A DNA stretch of 64,000 nt from Patescibacteria group bacterium (GTDB taxonomy: Bacteria > Patescibacteriota > Gracilibacteria > UBA4473). The notes below the pieces were generated by a model. That model worked only from the letters and a program-made list of their open reading frames with translations, made no database searches and was not told the origin of the DNA. This document shows, one piece after another, positions 44,585 to 54,417 of this stretch; the stretch's first letter is position 1, and every line of letters begins with the position of its first letter. The stretch spans positions 42,121-106,120 of the forward strand of contig CBFIAK010000001.1 of NCBI GenBank assembly GCA_965660445.1. The letters run 5' to 3'. The position numbers and the translations under genes are program-made.

Positions 44585-44606
44585 GTATTTCACTGATTTA
44601 TTTTTC

Positions 44607-47477
44607 ATGCAAGACCACATAATTGTTCGCGGTGCACGTATGCACAACCTTAAGAATATTAATGTGGATATTCCCCGTAATAAGTTAACCGTGATTACAG
44701 GTGTTTCAGGATCAGGAAAATCATCACTGGCCTTTGATACGATTTTTGCGGAAGGACAACGCCGGTACATGGAAAGTTTATCAACCTATGCACGGCAGTT
44801 TTTAAAACTCCAAGAAAAAACAGAAGTTGATTCCATTGATGGACTCTCTCCAGCTATTTCAATTGATCAAAAGACAATCATTCGAAATCCTCGATCAACG
44901 GTTGGGACTGTGACTGAAATCTATGATTATATGCGGTTATTGTTTGCAAAACTCGGAACGCCTATAAATCCCCTCACAGGAAAAAAACTCGAATGTCAAT
45001 CTCCAAGTCAAATTGCCGACACTATCCAAGAATGGAAAGAAGGTGAGAAATTCATGGTACTTGCACCACTCATAAAAGATAAAAAAGGTGAACACAGACA
45101 CATTATCTCTAAAATACAAAAAGCAGGTTTTGTACGCCTCAGGATTGATGGATTTGTAACGACGATAAATGAAGACATAGAGCTAGATCCAAACAAAAAA
45201 CATTCTATTGAAATTGTGGTTGACCGTCTTGTGAAAGCCGATTATTCACCTCGATACAAAACACTCGAATCAGGAGACAAAATTGAAGAACAAAACGATG
45301 ATCGACTTCGATTGATTGATTCACTTGAAACAGCTCTTAAGTTTGGAGAAGGAATTGTTGTTATCCACACTCTTTCTGATGAAATGGATCATCTTTTTTC
45401 CGAACACTTATCGGACCCTGAAACAGGATTTTCATTTCCAGAGCTTGAACCACGACTTTTTTCATTTAATTCTCCCCATGGAGCCTGTTTAAAATGTCAC
45501 GGATTGGGGTACAAACTCACACTTGATCAAGATTCAACATTTAATGATAATCTTTCTATTCGTGAAGGAGGTATTCTTCCATGGGCATCACTCGGCATGA
45601 ATGCACAACGATGGTACTTTTCAGTCCTCGAAGCCGTTGGAAAAATATATAATTTCAGTCTCGATGAACCACTATCGCGAATATCAGATGATACAAAAAC
45701 AAAGCTTCTTGAAGGGTTTGGATCAGAAGTATTTAACGTTCCACTGAAAGGTGCTTATAGCGGAAGACATACCGAAACAAATTTTGAAGGCATCATTCAT
45801 CAAACAGAGAAACGATATAACGAATCTGATTCTGAGTTTGTGCGCAAAAAACTCAGTGAGTTTATGCGTGAACAATCGTGTAGCGAATGTCATGGTACGC
45901 GCTTAAATATATACGCTCAAAATGTTTTTGTTGACGATAAAAACATAGCGCAATTATGTCAGATGTCTATTTCTGAGTTCAAAGAATGGATAGGATCGCT
46001 CAAGATTTCACAATTTAATGAAAAAATAGCTCGTCCAATTCAAAAAGAAATTGTCGATCGACTCGGATTTCTTGAAAAAGTAGGTTTGAGCTACTTAAAT
46101 CTTTCTCGAACAGCCAACACTCTTTCAGGAGGAGAAGCACAGAGAATTCGGCTCGCCACGCAAATCGGATCGTGTTTGCAAGGCGTACTGTATGTACTTG
46201 ATGAACCATCTATTGGACTTCATCAAAAAGACAACACAAAACTGATTGAAACACTCAAAAATCTCCGTGATATAGGAAATACGGTCATTGTTGTTGAACA
46301 CGATGAAGACACCATTCGAGAAGCTGATTTTGTTATTGAAATTGGTCCCAAATCCGGAAAAAATGGAGGACATTTGGTATGCTGTGGTGCATTAGAAGAA
46401 ATAAAAGATATTCCGTGTGAAACTGCTGATTTCTTATTTGGAAGACAAAGCATTGATATCCCCCGAGTACGTCGACACCCAATTGGAAAACTATCGATTC
46501 GTGGTGCAAGAGAAAACAATTTAAAAAATATTGATATTGATATTCCATTAGGAATATTGGTAGGAGTTTCTGGCGTATCAGGGTCTGGAAAAAGTTCTCT
46601 TATAAACAAAATTTTAGTACCAACACTTGCTCGAAAACTGAATCGCGCAAAATCTTTATCAGGAGCTCATGACAGCATTGAAGGCATTGAACAACTCGAT
46701 AAACTCATTTCTATTGATCAAACGCCTATTGGGCGAACCCCTCGTTCAAACCCGGCCACTTACACTGGTGTTTTTACGGATATCCGAGATGTTTTTTCAT
46801 CTCTTCCAGAATCAAAAATTCGAGGATATAGCAGTGGACGATTTAGTTTTAATATTAAAGGAGGACGATGTGAATCATGTAGTGGAGACGGAATCAAAAA
46901 AATAGAAATGCATTTCTTGCCAGATGTATATGTACCCTGTGAAGTCTGTAACGGAAAACGGTATAACCAAGAGACACTTGAAATTAAATACAGAGGAAAA
47001 TCTATTTATGAAGTTCTTGATATGACCGTTGAAGAAGCGTTACAATTTTTTGAAAATTTTTCAAATATTGCTCATAAACTAGAAGCATTACACTCCGTTG
47101 GACTTGGGTATATTCATCTAGGGCAAAGTGCTGTAACACTTTCTGGAGGAGAAGCACAACGAGTAAAACTCGCCAGTGAACTCATGAAAAAAGCTACAGG
47201 AAACACGATTTATGTACTCGACGAACCCACAACTGGACTTCACTTTAGTGATGTCAAACGATTACTCGAAACCATTCAAAAATTAGTCGACAAAGGCAAC
47301 TCTGTGATTGTTATTGAGCATAATCTAGACGTCTTAAAATGTTGTGACTATTTGATTGATCTCGGTCCTGAAGGTGGACACCGAGGAGGACATATCGTTG
47401 GCATGGGAACTCCTGAAGAATTAGCAAAAAATAAAGAGAGCTTCACAGGACATTTCCTAGAAAAGATGATTTCTTAA
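44607..47477 (+). CDS. uvrA: Excinuclease ABC subunit A
   Basis: Two ABC ATPase modules ([10 protein letters not shown] twice, LSGGEAQR twice) and Cys-rich zinc modules. ATG 44607 is preferred over TTG 44583. Confidence 0.95.
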   Translation: MQDHIIVRGARMHNLKNINVDIPRNKLTVITGVSGSGKSSLAFDTIFAEGQRRYMESLSTYARQFLKLQEKTEVDSIDGLSPAISIDQKTIIRNPRSTVGTVTEIYDYMRLLFAKLGTPINPLTGKKLECQSPSQIADTIQEWKEGEKFMVLAPLIKDKKGEHRHIISKIQKAGFVRLRIDGFVTTINEDIELDPNKKHSIEIVVDRLVKADYSPRYKTLESGDKIEEQNDDRLRLIDSLETALKFGEGIVVIHTLSDEMDHLFSEHLSDPETGFSFPELEPRLFSFNSPHGACLKCHGLGYKLTLDQDSTFNDNLSIREGGILPWASLGMNAQRWYFSVLEAVGKIYNFSLDEPLSRISDDTKTKLLEGFGSEVFNVPLKGAYSGRHTETNFEGIIHQTEKRYNESDSEFVRKKLSEFMREQSCSECHGTRLNIYAQNVFVDDKNIAQLCQMSISEFKEWIGSLKISQFNEKIARPIQKEIVDRLGFLEKVGLSYLNLSRTANTLSGGEAQRIRLATQIGSCLQGVLYVLDEPSIGLHQKDNTKLIETLKNLRDIGNTVIVVEHDEDTIREADFVIEIGPKSGKNGGHLVCCGALEEIKDIPCETADFLFGRQSIDIPRVRRHPIGKLSIRGARENNLKNIDIDIPLGILVGVSGVSGSGKSSLINKILVPTLARKLNRAKSLSGAHDSIEGIEQLDKLISIDQTPIGRTPRSNPATYTGVFTDIRDVFSSLPESKIRGYSSGRFSFNIKGGRCESCSGDGIKKIEMHFLPDVYVPCEVCNGKRYNQETLEIKYRGKSIYEVLDMTVEEALQFFENFSNIAHKLEALHSVGLGYIHLGQSAVTLSGGEAQRVKLASELMKKATGNTIYVLDEPTTGLHFSDVKRLLETIQKLVDKGNSVIVIEHNLDVLKCCDYLIDLGPEGGHRGGHIVGMGTPEELAKNKESFTGHFLEKMIS

Positions 47478-47486
47478 AAAGTTTCC

Positions 47487-47515
47487 TTGAAAAAAAGAGT
47501 AAAAGAGAGTATAAT
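47487..47515 (+). promoter_or_regulatory. Sigma70-like promoter (TTGAAA-17-TATAAT)
   Basis: TTGAAA 47487-47492, a 17-nt spacer, TATAAT 47510-47515. It lies inside the 5' end of track ORF 47487..47993, which argues against that start. Confidence 0.5.
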
Positions 47516-47537
47516 GATACGATTTTTATATTTTTCT

Positions 47538-47993
47538 ATGAAATCTATTACATACCAACACGCTCAAGCGAGAAATATCATATTTCAGAATTTTCATGAT
47601 CATGATGAAGATTGGTTTCCCAATAGATGTGAAATCGACAGTCCAGAAGTAGATAGTGTCGAAGATATGCAAATCATTCTGAAAGAGCTCGGATATTATG
47701 AAGGGGAGATTGATAATTTAGGAGGAAAAGTCAGTTCTTTTGATCAAACTTCAGACGCAGTAAAACAATTTATTAAAGATTGGAATCGTGAAAACCCTGA
47801 AGATATAATCAATGGAGAAAATGAAACCGATACCATCACAAGCTATGTGACTCCAGAAATAATGAAACGACTTCAATATGTCGCTTTGAAAAAACAAATC
47901 AACTGGGAACTCAATGAACTCAAAGACCGATTCAAAAAAATAACCCCTCAAAATATTCAGAAGAAGAAAAAAAATAATATAAGTCGACAATAA
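47538..47993 (+). CDS. Hypothetical protein with a possible peptidoglycan-binding-like segment
   Basis: 151 aa from ATG 47538. ILKELGYYEGEIDNLGG..SDAVKQFIK loosely resembles PG_binding_1. The start is uncertain. Confidence 0.4.
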   Translation: MKSITYQHAQARNIIFQNFHDHDEDWFPNRCEIDSPEVDSVEDMQIILKELGYYEGEIDNLGGKVSSFDQTSDAVKQFIKDWNRENPEDIINGENETDTITSYVTPEIMKRLQYVALKKQINWELNELKDRFKKITPQNIQKKKKNNISRQ

Positions 47994-48094
47994 CTTGACA
48001 ATATTATATATTTGTTTTATAAAGGAGATGCTCTTTGAGTCGACGAAACAACTCAAACATACAAATATTATAAACAATAAAAAAAGGAGTCTTT

Positions 48095-48631
48095 ATGCAA
48101 AAGCATATAGTTGCGATAATTCTTATCGCTTTCAGCGCACTGCTACTAAGCAGCTGCGGAACCAATTTTAACGGTTCACAAACAAACACATATGCCCCAC
48201 AATGGTTTGATTATAACGGGGGTGAATCTGTAGGTCTTGATGTTCAACGATACTTCTCAAAAAGGCTTACAGAAGCTGGAAAAGGAGAAAGATCTGAGGA
48301 CAAACTCTATGATCCTCGTTCAAAAACAGGAACACTGATAGTAGATGGCAAGCACTACACACTCAAAGAAATTACTCCTTCACATTTAGTGATTGAGTTC
48401 TATGCTCCTCAGGGTTGTGCTGGTGCGCAATCTGGAAGGATACAAATCAAAAATGATGCTGGGTATTGTACTAGTTGTTGCAAAATCCAGTATTATCCAC
48501 AAGATCTCGCGGTTAGTACCCGACTTGATGAAGTGTGGAAAGAAGTCCAAACATGGTACGAACGTGCTGGATTTGGCCTGTTAATACCAGAGGAATCAAA
48601 TGATATCCAATGGTTTAACAAATTTTTCTAA
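48095..48631 (+). CDS. Lipoprotein, function unknown
   Basis: 178 aa with signal peptide and lipobox LLSSC. AAGGAG lies 8 nt upstream of the ATG. Confidence 0.6.
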   Translation: MQKHIVAIILIAFSALLLSSCGTNFNGSQTNTYAPQWFDYNGGESVGLDVQRYFSKRLTEAGKGERSEDKLYDPRSKTGTLIVDGKHYTLKEITPSHLVIEFYAPQGCAGAQSGRIQIKNDAGYCTSCCKIQYYPQDLAVSTRLDEVWKEVQTWYERAGFGLLIPEESNDIQWFNKFF

Positions 48632-48650
48632 ATCGTCGACTAGAGCACCT

Positions 48651-48683
48651 AATCCTCGTTTCAATAGAAACGAGGATTTTTTT
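48651..48683 (+). terminator. Intrinsic terminator after the lipoprotein gene
   Basis: 10-bp stem AATCCTCGTT / AACGAGGATT with an 8-nt loop, followed by T5. Confidence 0.75.
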
Positions 48684-48690
48684 AAAATTA

Positions 48691-50127
48691 TTATGATTTC
48701 TTTTTTCCTTTTTTGAGTCGTTCCTCATGTGATTCCATCGCATCTCGAAATTCAACCACAAGTGGGGTTCCAAAAAAACCAAATTTTTCTCTTAATTTGT
48801 TTTCAACATATCGTTTATACGAAAAATGAAACGCTTTTTTATTATTCACGAAAAAGAGAAACTTTGGAGGAAGCGTATCAACCTGTGACGCATATTTAAT
48901 CACTCCGCGTTTCGTCCCTACCATAGGCGTTATGTGCTGGTAATAAACATCTGGAATAAACCGATTCAGCTCCGCCGTTGAGACTCGCTTATTCATTTCT
49001 GAAAAAATTCCTCTTAAGGTTTCAAAAAGATCCTGCACTCCTTTTCCTGTTTTTGCTGAAAAAAAGACAACAGGCGCCCATGATGCAAATGGTATTTTCT
49101 GATGCAAATAATGCCAATAATCTTTTTTTACCCGATCTAAGTCTTTTCCCCACATTGGTATTTCTTCTAAATCTCGTTCATCTGTTTCCTCTTGTGCTTT
49201 TGTTTTTTCTCGTACTAAATCAAATTTATTCACCCCAATAACAAGCCCTTTTCCGGCATCAATAGCAGCACCTGCGAGTGCTAAATCTTGATGAGTAACT
49301 CCATCCAGAGCATCAATGAGTAAAATTGCCACATGGCACGTTTCAATCGCTCGTTTTGTTCTTACAGAACTCCAAAACTCAATATCACGTTCAATACGCC
49401 CTGGACGACGAAGACCAGCGGTATCTAAAAACATATACGATTGTCCTGATTCATCAGTGTATGCCACATCAATAGTATCACGAGTTGTCCCTGCTATTTC
49501 TGATACCACTGATCGTTTTTGCCCCAAAATACTATTAAGCAAAGAACTTTTCCCAACATTTGGTCGCCCCAAAAATGCAACCCGAAGAGTATCTGTTTCT
49601 TCTGTTACTTCTGGTTCTTTTCCATGCCCTTTTTCCATCAATAATGCCTCGAGGGCATCTTCAAGTTCCCACATCCCAGCATAATTTTTTGCAGAAATAG
49701 CAAGTGGTACTCCAAACCCAAACTCTGCATATTCAAATAAATGCATATTTGAACCATCATCAATTTTATTCGCTACAAAAATAAGTGGTTTTTTCTTTCG
49801 TCTTAATGACTCAATAATATCATAGTCATCAGTAGTGAGTGGATTCTTCCCGTCAATTAAAAACAAAATCAAATCGGCATTATCAGAAGCTAATCGTGCT
49901 TGTGTTTGAATTTCCGCATCAAGATTTTCTCCCTTCGTATTCGTAAGCCCCGCGGTATCTAAAAGCCAGTAATCAACTTTTTCACCATGTATCTTTTCCA
50001 TAAGACTATCTCGAGTAGTTCCAGATATTGGAGATGTAATCGCTTTGTTCTGTTTCGCAAAACAATTAAAAAGGGTTGATTTTCCTACATTGGGTCTCCC
50101 AACGATAGCAACAAGAGGCAGTGACAT
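48691..50127 (-). CDS. der: Ribosome-associated GTPase Der/EngA
   Basis: Two tandem GTPase domains (GRPNVGKST twice, DTAG twice, NKID/NKFD) plus a KH-like C-terminal domain. Confidence 0.93.
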   Translation of the reverse strand: MSLPLVAIVGRPNVGKSTLFNCFAKQNKAITSPISGTTRDSLMEKIHGEKVDYWLLDTAGLTNTKGENLDAEIQTQARLASDNADLILFLIDGKNPLTTDDYDIIESLRRKKKPLIFVANKIDDGSNMHLFEYAEFGFGVPLAISAKNYAGMWELEDALEALLMEKGHGKEPEVTEETDTLRVAFLGRPNVGKSSLLNSILGQKRSVVSEIAGTTRDTIDVAYTDESGQSYMFLDTAGLRRPGRIERDIEFWSSVRTKRAIETCHVAILLIDALDGVTHQDLALAGAAIDAGKGLVIGVNKFDLVREKTKAQEETDERDLEEIPMWGKDLDRVKKDYWHYLHQKIPFASWAPVVFFSAKTGKGVQDLFETLRGIFSEMNKRVSTAELNRFIPDVYYQHITPMVGTKRGVIKYASQVDTLPPKFLFFVNNKKAFHFSYKRYVENKLREKFGFFGTPLVVEFRDAMESHEERLKKGKKKS

Positions 50128-50189
50128 AAAAAAAAGAATAGAGTGGATTTCAACTTAACAAATATTAAATACTTTGTAAAATAAACACA

Positions 50190-51500
50190 ATGATAAATGC
50201 TCTCCGCCATATAATTCCAGAACGGTTTCCATTGCGATTATGGTACCATAAAACTTCTGCGATGCTTGCTAGCACTGTTTATAGGTTTCCAGGACACCAT
50301 ATGAGCGTTATTGCTGTTACTGGAACAAGTGGAAAATCAACAACAATCGAGCTTTTGCATTATATTCTCAGTAGTGCTGGTTTTAATGTCGGATCTCTTT
50401 CAGGAATTCAGTTTCGTATAAAAGACCAAGTATTTCCAAACCATTCACTGCGAACATCTCTCAGACCATGGGATACGCAAAAATGGCTTCAGAAAATGAA
50501 AAAAGAAGGATGTGAGTATGCACTGGTAGAAATATCTTCACATGCTATTGATCAAAATCGACATTGGGGTATTGGTATAGATACAGGCGTCATAACCAAT
50601 ATTTATGACCACGAACATCTTGATTACCACAAAACCTTTGAAGCATACAAAAACACAAAACTTCATTTACTCGAATCTCTCAATCACGAATACCGAAAAC
50701 CAAACGTTCCAAAACGAGCTATTATTAATAACGATAATCCTGCATGCACAGAAGCACGTCATATTCATTGTGATGATATATGGACGTATTCATTTTCAAC
50801 CGAAAGCGACTATCATGCGACCAACATTGAACTTTCTCAAACAGATATTCAGTTTGATATTCGAATTCCGAACCACGAAGCCCACATTCGAGTCCCTCTT
50901 ATTGGAATGCATAACGCACAAAACATACTCTGTGCCATCACTATAGCATCCGCACACGGGGTATCACTCCAACACATACAAAAATGCCTCGAATCGTTTC
51001 CAGGAGTTCCTGCTCGATTAGAACCAATAGGAGATAAAACCCTTGGTTTCTCTCTTCTTTTAGATTATACCTATAAACCATCGGCACTCCAAAATGTACT
51101 CAAAACACTGAAAAACGTAACCAAAAAGAGACTCGTTGTTGTCTGGGGTGGGGCTGGAGGTCGCAGTGAAGAAAACTGGAAAGAGTCAGCAAAAGAACTC
51201 AAAAAATATGCCGATGAAATAGTACTCACAACTGATGATCCATACGAAAAGGATCCTCGATATATTAGCGAAGTTATAAAATCAGTTATCGAACGTCAAG
51301 AAGGTGATGGATTTTTTGATATTCCCGACCGATACGAAGCAATACGGTATGCAATTCTAACTGCAGAAAAAGGAGATACGGTTCTTATTGCCGGAAGAGG
51401 ACACGAAAGCATCCAAACCATTGGAAAAACAAAAATACAATTTGAAGACAAAAAAGTATGCGAAGAAATACTCCAACACCGAACTCATTACATAAAATAA
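50190..51500 (+). CDS. murE: Mur ligase family protein, MurE-like with short N-terminus
   Basis: P-loop VTGTSGKSTT at residues 44-51, a central domain, and C-terminal TTDDPYEKDP at the position of the MurE DNPR motif. It is about 60-70 aa shorter at the N-terminus than classical MurE. Confidence 0.7.
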   Translation: MINALRHIIPERFPLRLWYHKTSAMLASTVYRFPGHHMSVIAVTGTSGKSTTIELLHYILSSAGFNVGSLSGIQFRIKDQVFPNHSLRTSLRPWDTQKWLQKMKKEGCEYALVEISSHAIDQNRHWGIGIDTGVITNIYDHEHLDYHKTFEAYKNTKLHLLESLNHEYRKPNVPKRAIINNDNPACTEARHIHCDDIWTYSFSTESDYHATNIELSQTDIQFDIRIPNHEAHIRVPLIGMHNAQNILCAITIASAHGVSLQHIQKCLESFPGVPARLEPIGDKTLGFSLLLDYTYKPSALQNVLKTLKNVTKKRLVVVWGGAGGRSEENWKESAKELKKYADEIVLTTDDPYEKDPRYISEVIKSVIERQEGDGFFDIPDRYEAIRYAILTAEKGDTVLIAGRGHESIQTIGKTKIQFEDKKVCEEILQHRTHYIK

Positions 51501-51584
51501 TTCAAAAAAATATTATCATAAAAAAACAAGTCATATCCTTCTTTTTCCTTGCCAAAAAAAGCCCTACTCCTCTATAATAAGACA

Positions 51585-51659
51585 GCATTGAAAAGTGAAA
51601 CACTTTGAAATGTACTATTTAGATTGAGAGAAGAGAAACCGTCTTTCCGGCGGTTTTTT
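51585..51659 (+). ncRNA. Candidate small RNA (about 75 nt) with its own promoter and terminator
   Basis: TTGCCA (51549-51554), 18 nt, TATAAT (51573-51578). Then hairpin AAAGTG-AAA-CACTTT and a terminal stem ACCGTC/GGCGGT followed by T6 (51638-51659). Confidence 0.3.
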
Positions 51660-51692
51660 CTTGTCTTTTTAAAAAAACATATTTCAATTGAT

Positions 51693-51730
51693 ACAAAAAA
51701 AACATCTCGATTGCCGAAGCAATCGAGATG
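51693..51730 (-). terminator. Intrinsic terminator of the pilin-like gene
   Basis: Perfect 12-bp stem CATCTCGATTGC / GCAATCGAGATG, with a UUCG loop on the minus strand, followed on the minus strand by T8 (plus 51693-51702). Confidence 0.85.
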
Positions 51731-51760
51731 AAATAACTATCAAGAGAAAGGAATGATTCC

Positions 51761-52177
51761 TTAGTTTTGACCGCCACTGTTTTGGTTTCCCGCACCCAGT
51801 ATAGTATTGACCAAAGCAAACGAAATCAAAACCACAATAATACCAATAGCTGCATACATAAGCACTTTCTTTGCTTTTTCTGTATCGTCCCCACCAGCTG
51901 TAATATACAAGAAACCTCCATAAATTACCATAATAGTAGCAATAAGCCCCAAAAAGAATAGAAAGTAGTTTACAATAGTAAGAACTCCTTGCCGTGCAGA
52001 CCCTCCAAAGCTCGTAGACTGCATAACGTTATCTGGATTATCATAGTCATTAATCATTGGACTTGTTGATCCTCCTGTTCCCACAGTATTACTTTGCGCT
52101 AACGCTGGAGTCGCATCAAAAGCGAGAAGTCCTAAAACTGATAGAAATCCAAAAGCGAGAAGAAACATTTTTTTCAT
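51761..52177 (-). CDS. TrbC/VirB2-like type IV secretion pilin-family protein (CPR type)
   Basis: 138 aa with a signal peptide ending ALAQ, then VLTIVNYFLFFLGLIATIMVIYGGFLYITAGGDDTEKAKK plus a second TM helix. It is a paralog of 31387..31770. Confidence 0.65.
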   Translation of the reverse strand: MKKMFLLAFGFLSVLGLLAFDATPALAQSNTVGTGGSTSPMINDYDNPDNVMQSTSFGGSARQGVLTIVNYFLFFLGLIATIMVIYGGFLYITAGGDDTEKAKKVLMYAAIGIIVVLISFALVNTILGAGNQNSGGQN

Positions 52178-52299
52178 GATAATTTGAAATGAATAAAAAA
52201 TATGTGATTACTTATGGAGTATAATTGCTCACACAAAAAAGCACAATATAGGTTTCGTGTTTTAGATTGACAATATATTCCAAACCTTTCAGTTTTACA

Positions 52300-53223
52300 C
52301 TACTTTGTTGTCAGATAATGTTCTACATCAAGAGCCGCTTTGCAACCCATACCAGCTGCAACAACAGCTTGTTGATAATGTGGATCAGCACAATCACCAG
52401 CAATAAACACGGAAGGAATATTTGAATGAGTATGATTTTTTATCTGTAAATACCCTTTGTCATCCATATCAAGATGTCCCTTTAAAAATCCGGTACTCGG
52501 AATTCTTCCAATAGCCATAAAAAGACCGTCAACTGGAAGTTCACTTGTACTCTTATCTTGAGTATCTGTTAGTTCTAAAGATTCAAGTTTTATTTCTCCT
52601 TTTAAATCACTCACGGCTTTATTCCAAATAATTTCTATTTTTTCGTTCTCAAACACCCGTTGCTGCATTGGTTTAGAAGCTCTCAATGAATCACGCCGAT
52701 GAATAAGATATACCTTGGAAGCAAATTTTGTTAAGAAAGATGCTTCTTCGCACGCCGTATCTCCACCACCAACAACAGCTACCGTTTTATTACGAAAGAA
52801 TGCTCCATCACATGTAGCACAAGCTGTATACCCCTTCCCAAAAAACCGTTCTTCATCTTTTCCTAAACGCAACCATCGGGCAGCCGCACCAGTAGCAACA
52901 ATAACACTATCGGCTTCATATTGAGAAACATTGGTTCTTATTTTTAAGTTTTGAGAATCCGAAAAATCAACTGATTCAACTGTTTCATACGCAAACCGAG
53001 TACCAAATTCTTGTGCTTGAGCTTTCATACGCTGCATAAGCAATGGTCCAGTCATTCCAGGGGATGTTCCTGGAAAGTTTTCAATATCAGTTGTCCCCAT
53101 AAGCTGCCCACCAGGATCAGATCCTTCAAAAACAAGTGGTTGTAGGTCTGCACGAGAAGCATATAATGCAGCCGTAAGGCCTGCAGGGCCTGATCCAATA
53201 ATGATAAGTTTTTCACGTGTCAT
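52300..53223 (-). CDS. trxB: Thioredoxin-disulfide reductase
   Basis: FAD motif IIGSGPAGLTAA, redox-active CATCDG, and NADPH motif VVGGGDTA. ATG 53223 is preferred over 53253. Confidence 0.92.
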   Translation of the reverse strand: MTREKLIIIGSGPAGLTAALYASRADLQPLVFEGSDPGGQLMGTTDIENFPGTSPGMTGPLLMQRMKAQAQEFGTRFAYETVESVDFSDSQNLKIRTNVSQYEADSVIVATGAAARWLRLGKDEERFFGKGYTACATCDGAFFRNKTVAVVGGGDTACEEASFLTKFASKVYLIHRRDSLRASKPMQQRVFENEKIEIIWNKAVSDLKGEIKLESLELTDTQDKSTSELPVDGLFMAIGRIPSTGFLKGHLDMDDKGYLQIKNHTHSNIPSVFIAGDCADPHYQQAVVAAGMGCKAALDVEHYLTTK

Positions 53224-53343
53224 AAAAAAGAGAAAGAAAAGAAATACAGTCAAATGGTACTCAAGAAAGAAAAAACTTCAAAAAAAATATACCTCTGTTA
53301 TACTTCGCGTTGATCTTGTATTTCTTTATTTATTCTTTCTATC

Positions 53344-54417
53344 ATGAGCATTGAACCATTAAAAACCATGTACACAAACGCTATTCCGTTTCTAGAAATA
53401 ATGATTTTAGGAAACAGTGTCGGCAATATCATTTTTTCTTTTGTCCTCTTCTTTGTTTTGTTTTGGATACTTCGTATTTTTCGAAAAATAATACTCATCA
53501 AACTCTCATCGTGGGTCAAAAATACTGAAACCGATATCGATGATGAAATATTAAGTGTTATATCAAACGTATCACCGCTTTTTTATTGGGTAATTGCATT
53601 TTTCATTGCGACACAAAAACTCGTTCTCTCTCCATGGATTGGAAACCTTATTCACGGAATATTTATAGTTATTATTGTGTACGAAATCATAAAAGCCACT
53701 CAAAACATACTCAACTACATTCTTCAAAAAGTCATCGCCGATAAAGACTCCACCGCGCTGGCTGGGATTAACCTTATTATTCGCATTGTCTTATGGAGTA
53801 TTGGTCTGTTGATGATATTATCAAACCTAGGAATAAATGTTTCAGCTCTTATTGCCAGTATGGGAATTGGAGGTATTGCTATTGCCCTTGCCGCTCAAAA
53901 TATACTCAGCGACCTTTTTTCTTCTTTTTCGATCTACTTTGATAAACCGTTTCAAATAGGCGATTATATTGTCGTTGGAACTGATAATGGAATTGTGAAA
54001 AAAATAGGACTCAAAACGACACGAATTCAAACACTTCAAGGAGAAGAACTTGTTATTGGGAACAAAGAACTGACAAATGTTCGTGTACAAAATTTTAAAA
54101 AACTCAAAGACCGACGTGTAGTCTTTCATTTCGGTGTCACTTATGACACAAAACCAGAAACACTTCGCACAATCCCACAAATCATCAAAGATATTATCAA
54201 CTCAAAAGAACTCACAGAATGTGATCGAGTTGTATTCACAAAATTTGCTGATTCAAGTCTTGATTTCGAAGTCGTTTATTACGTACATTCAAAAGAATAT
54301 AACGATTATGCACACGTGCAACATGATATCAATATTGATATTAAACAAATATTTGACGAGAAAGGAATTAGTATGGCGTTCCCAACGCGCACTATTCATT
54401 TGGAACAAACGACGTAA
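53344..54417 (+). CDS. MscS-family mechanosensitive channel
   Basis: 357 aa with N-terminal TM helices, a pore-lining GIGGIAIALAAQ segment and a beta-domain (PFQIGDYIVV). Confidence 0.8.
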   Translation: MSIEPLKTMYTNAIPFLEIMILGNSVGNIIFSFVLFFVLFWILRIFRKIILIKLSSWVKNTETDIDDEILSVISNVSPLFYWVIAFFIATQKLVLSPWIGNLIHGIFIVIIVYEIIKATQNILNYILQKVIADKDSTALAGINLIIRIVLWSIGLLMILSNLGINVSALIASMGIGGIAIALAAQNILSDLFSSFSIYFDKPFQIGDYIVVGTDNGIVKKIGLKTTRIQTLQGEELVIGNKELTNVRVQNFKKLKDRRVVFHFGVTYDTKPETLRTIPQIIKDIINSKELTECDRVVFTKFADSSLDFEVVYYVHSKEYNDYAHVQHDINIDIKQIFDEKGISMAFPTRTIHLEQTT

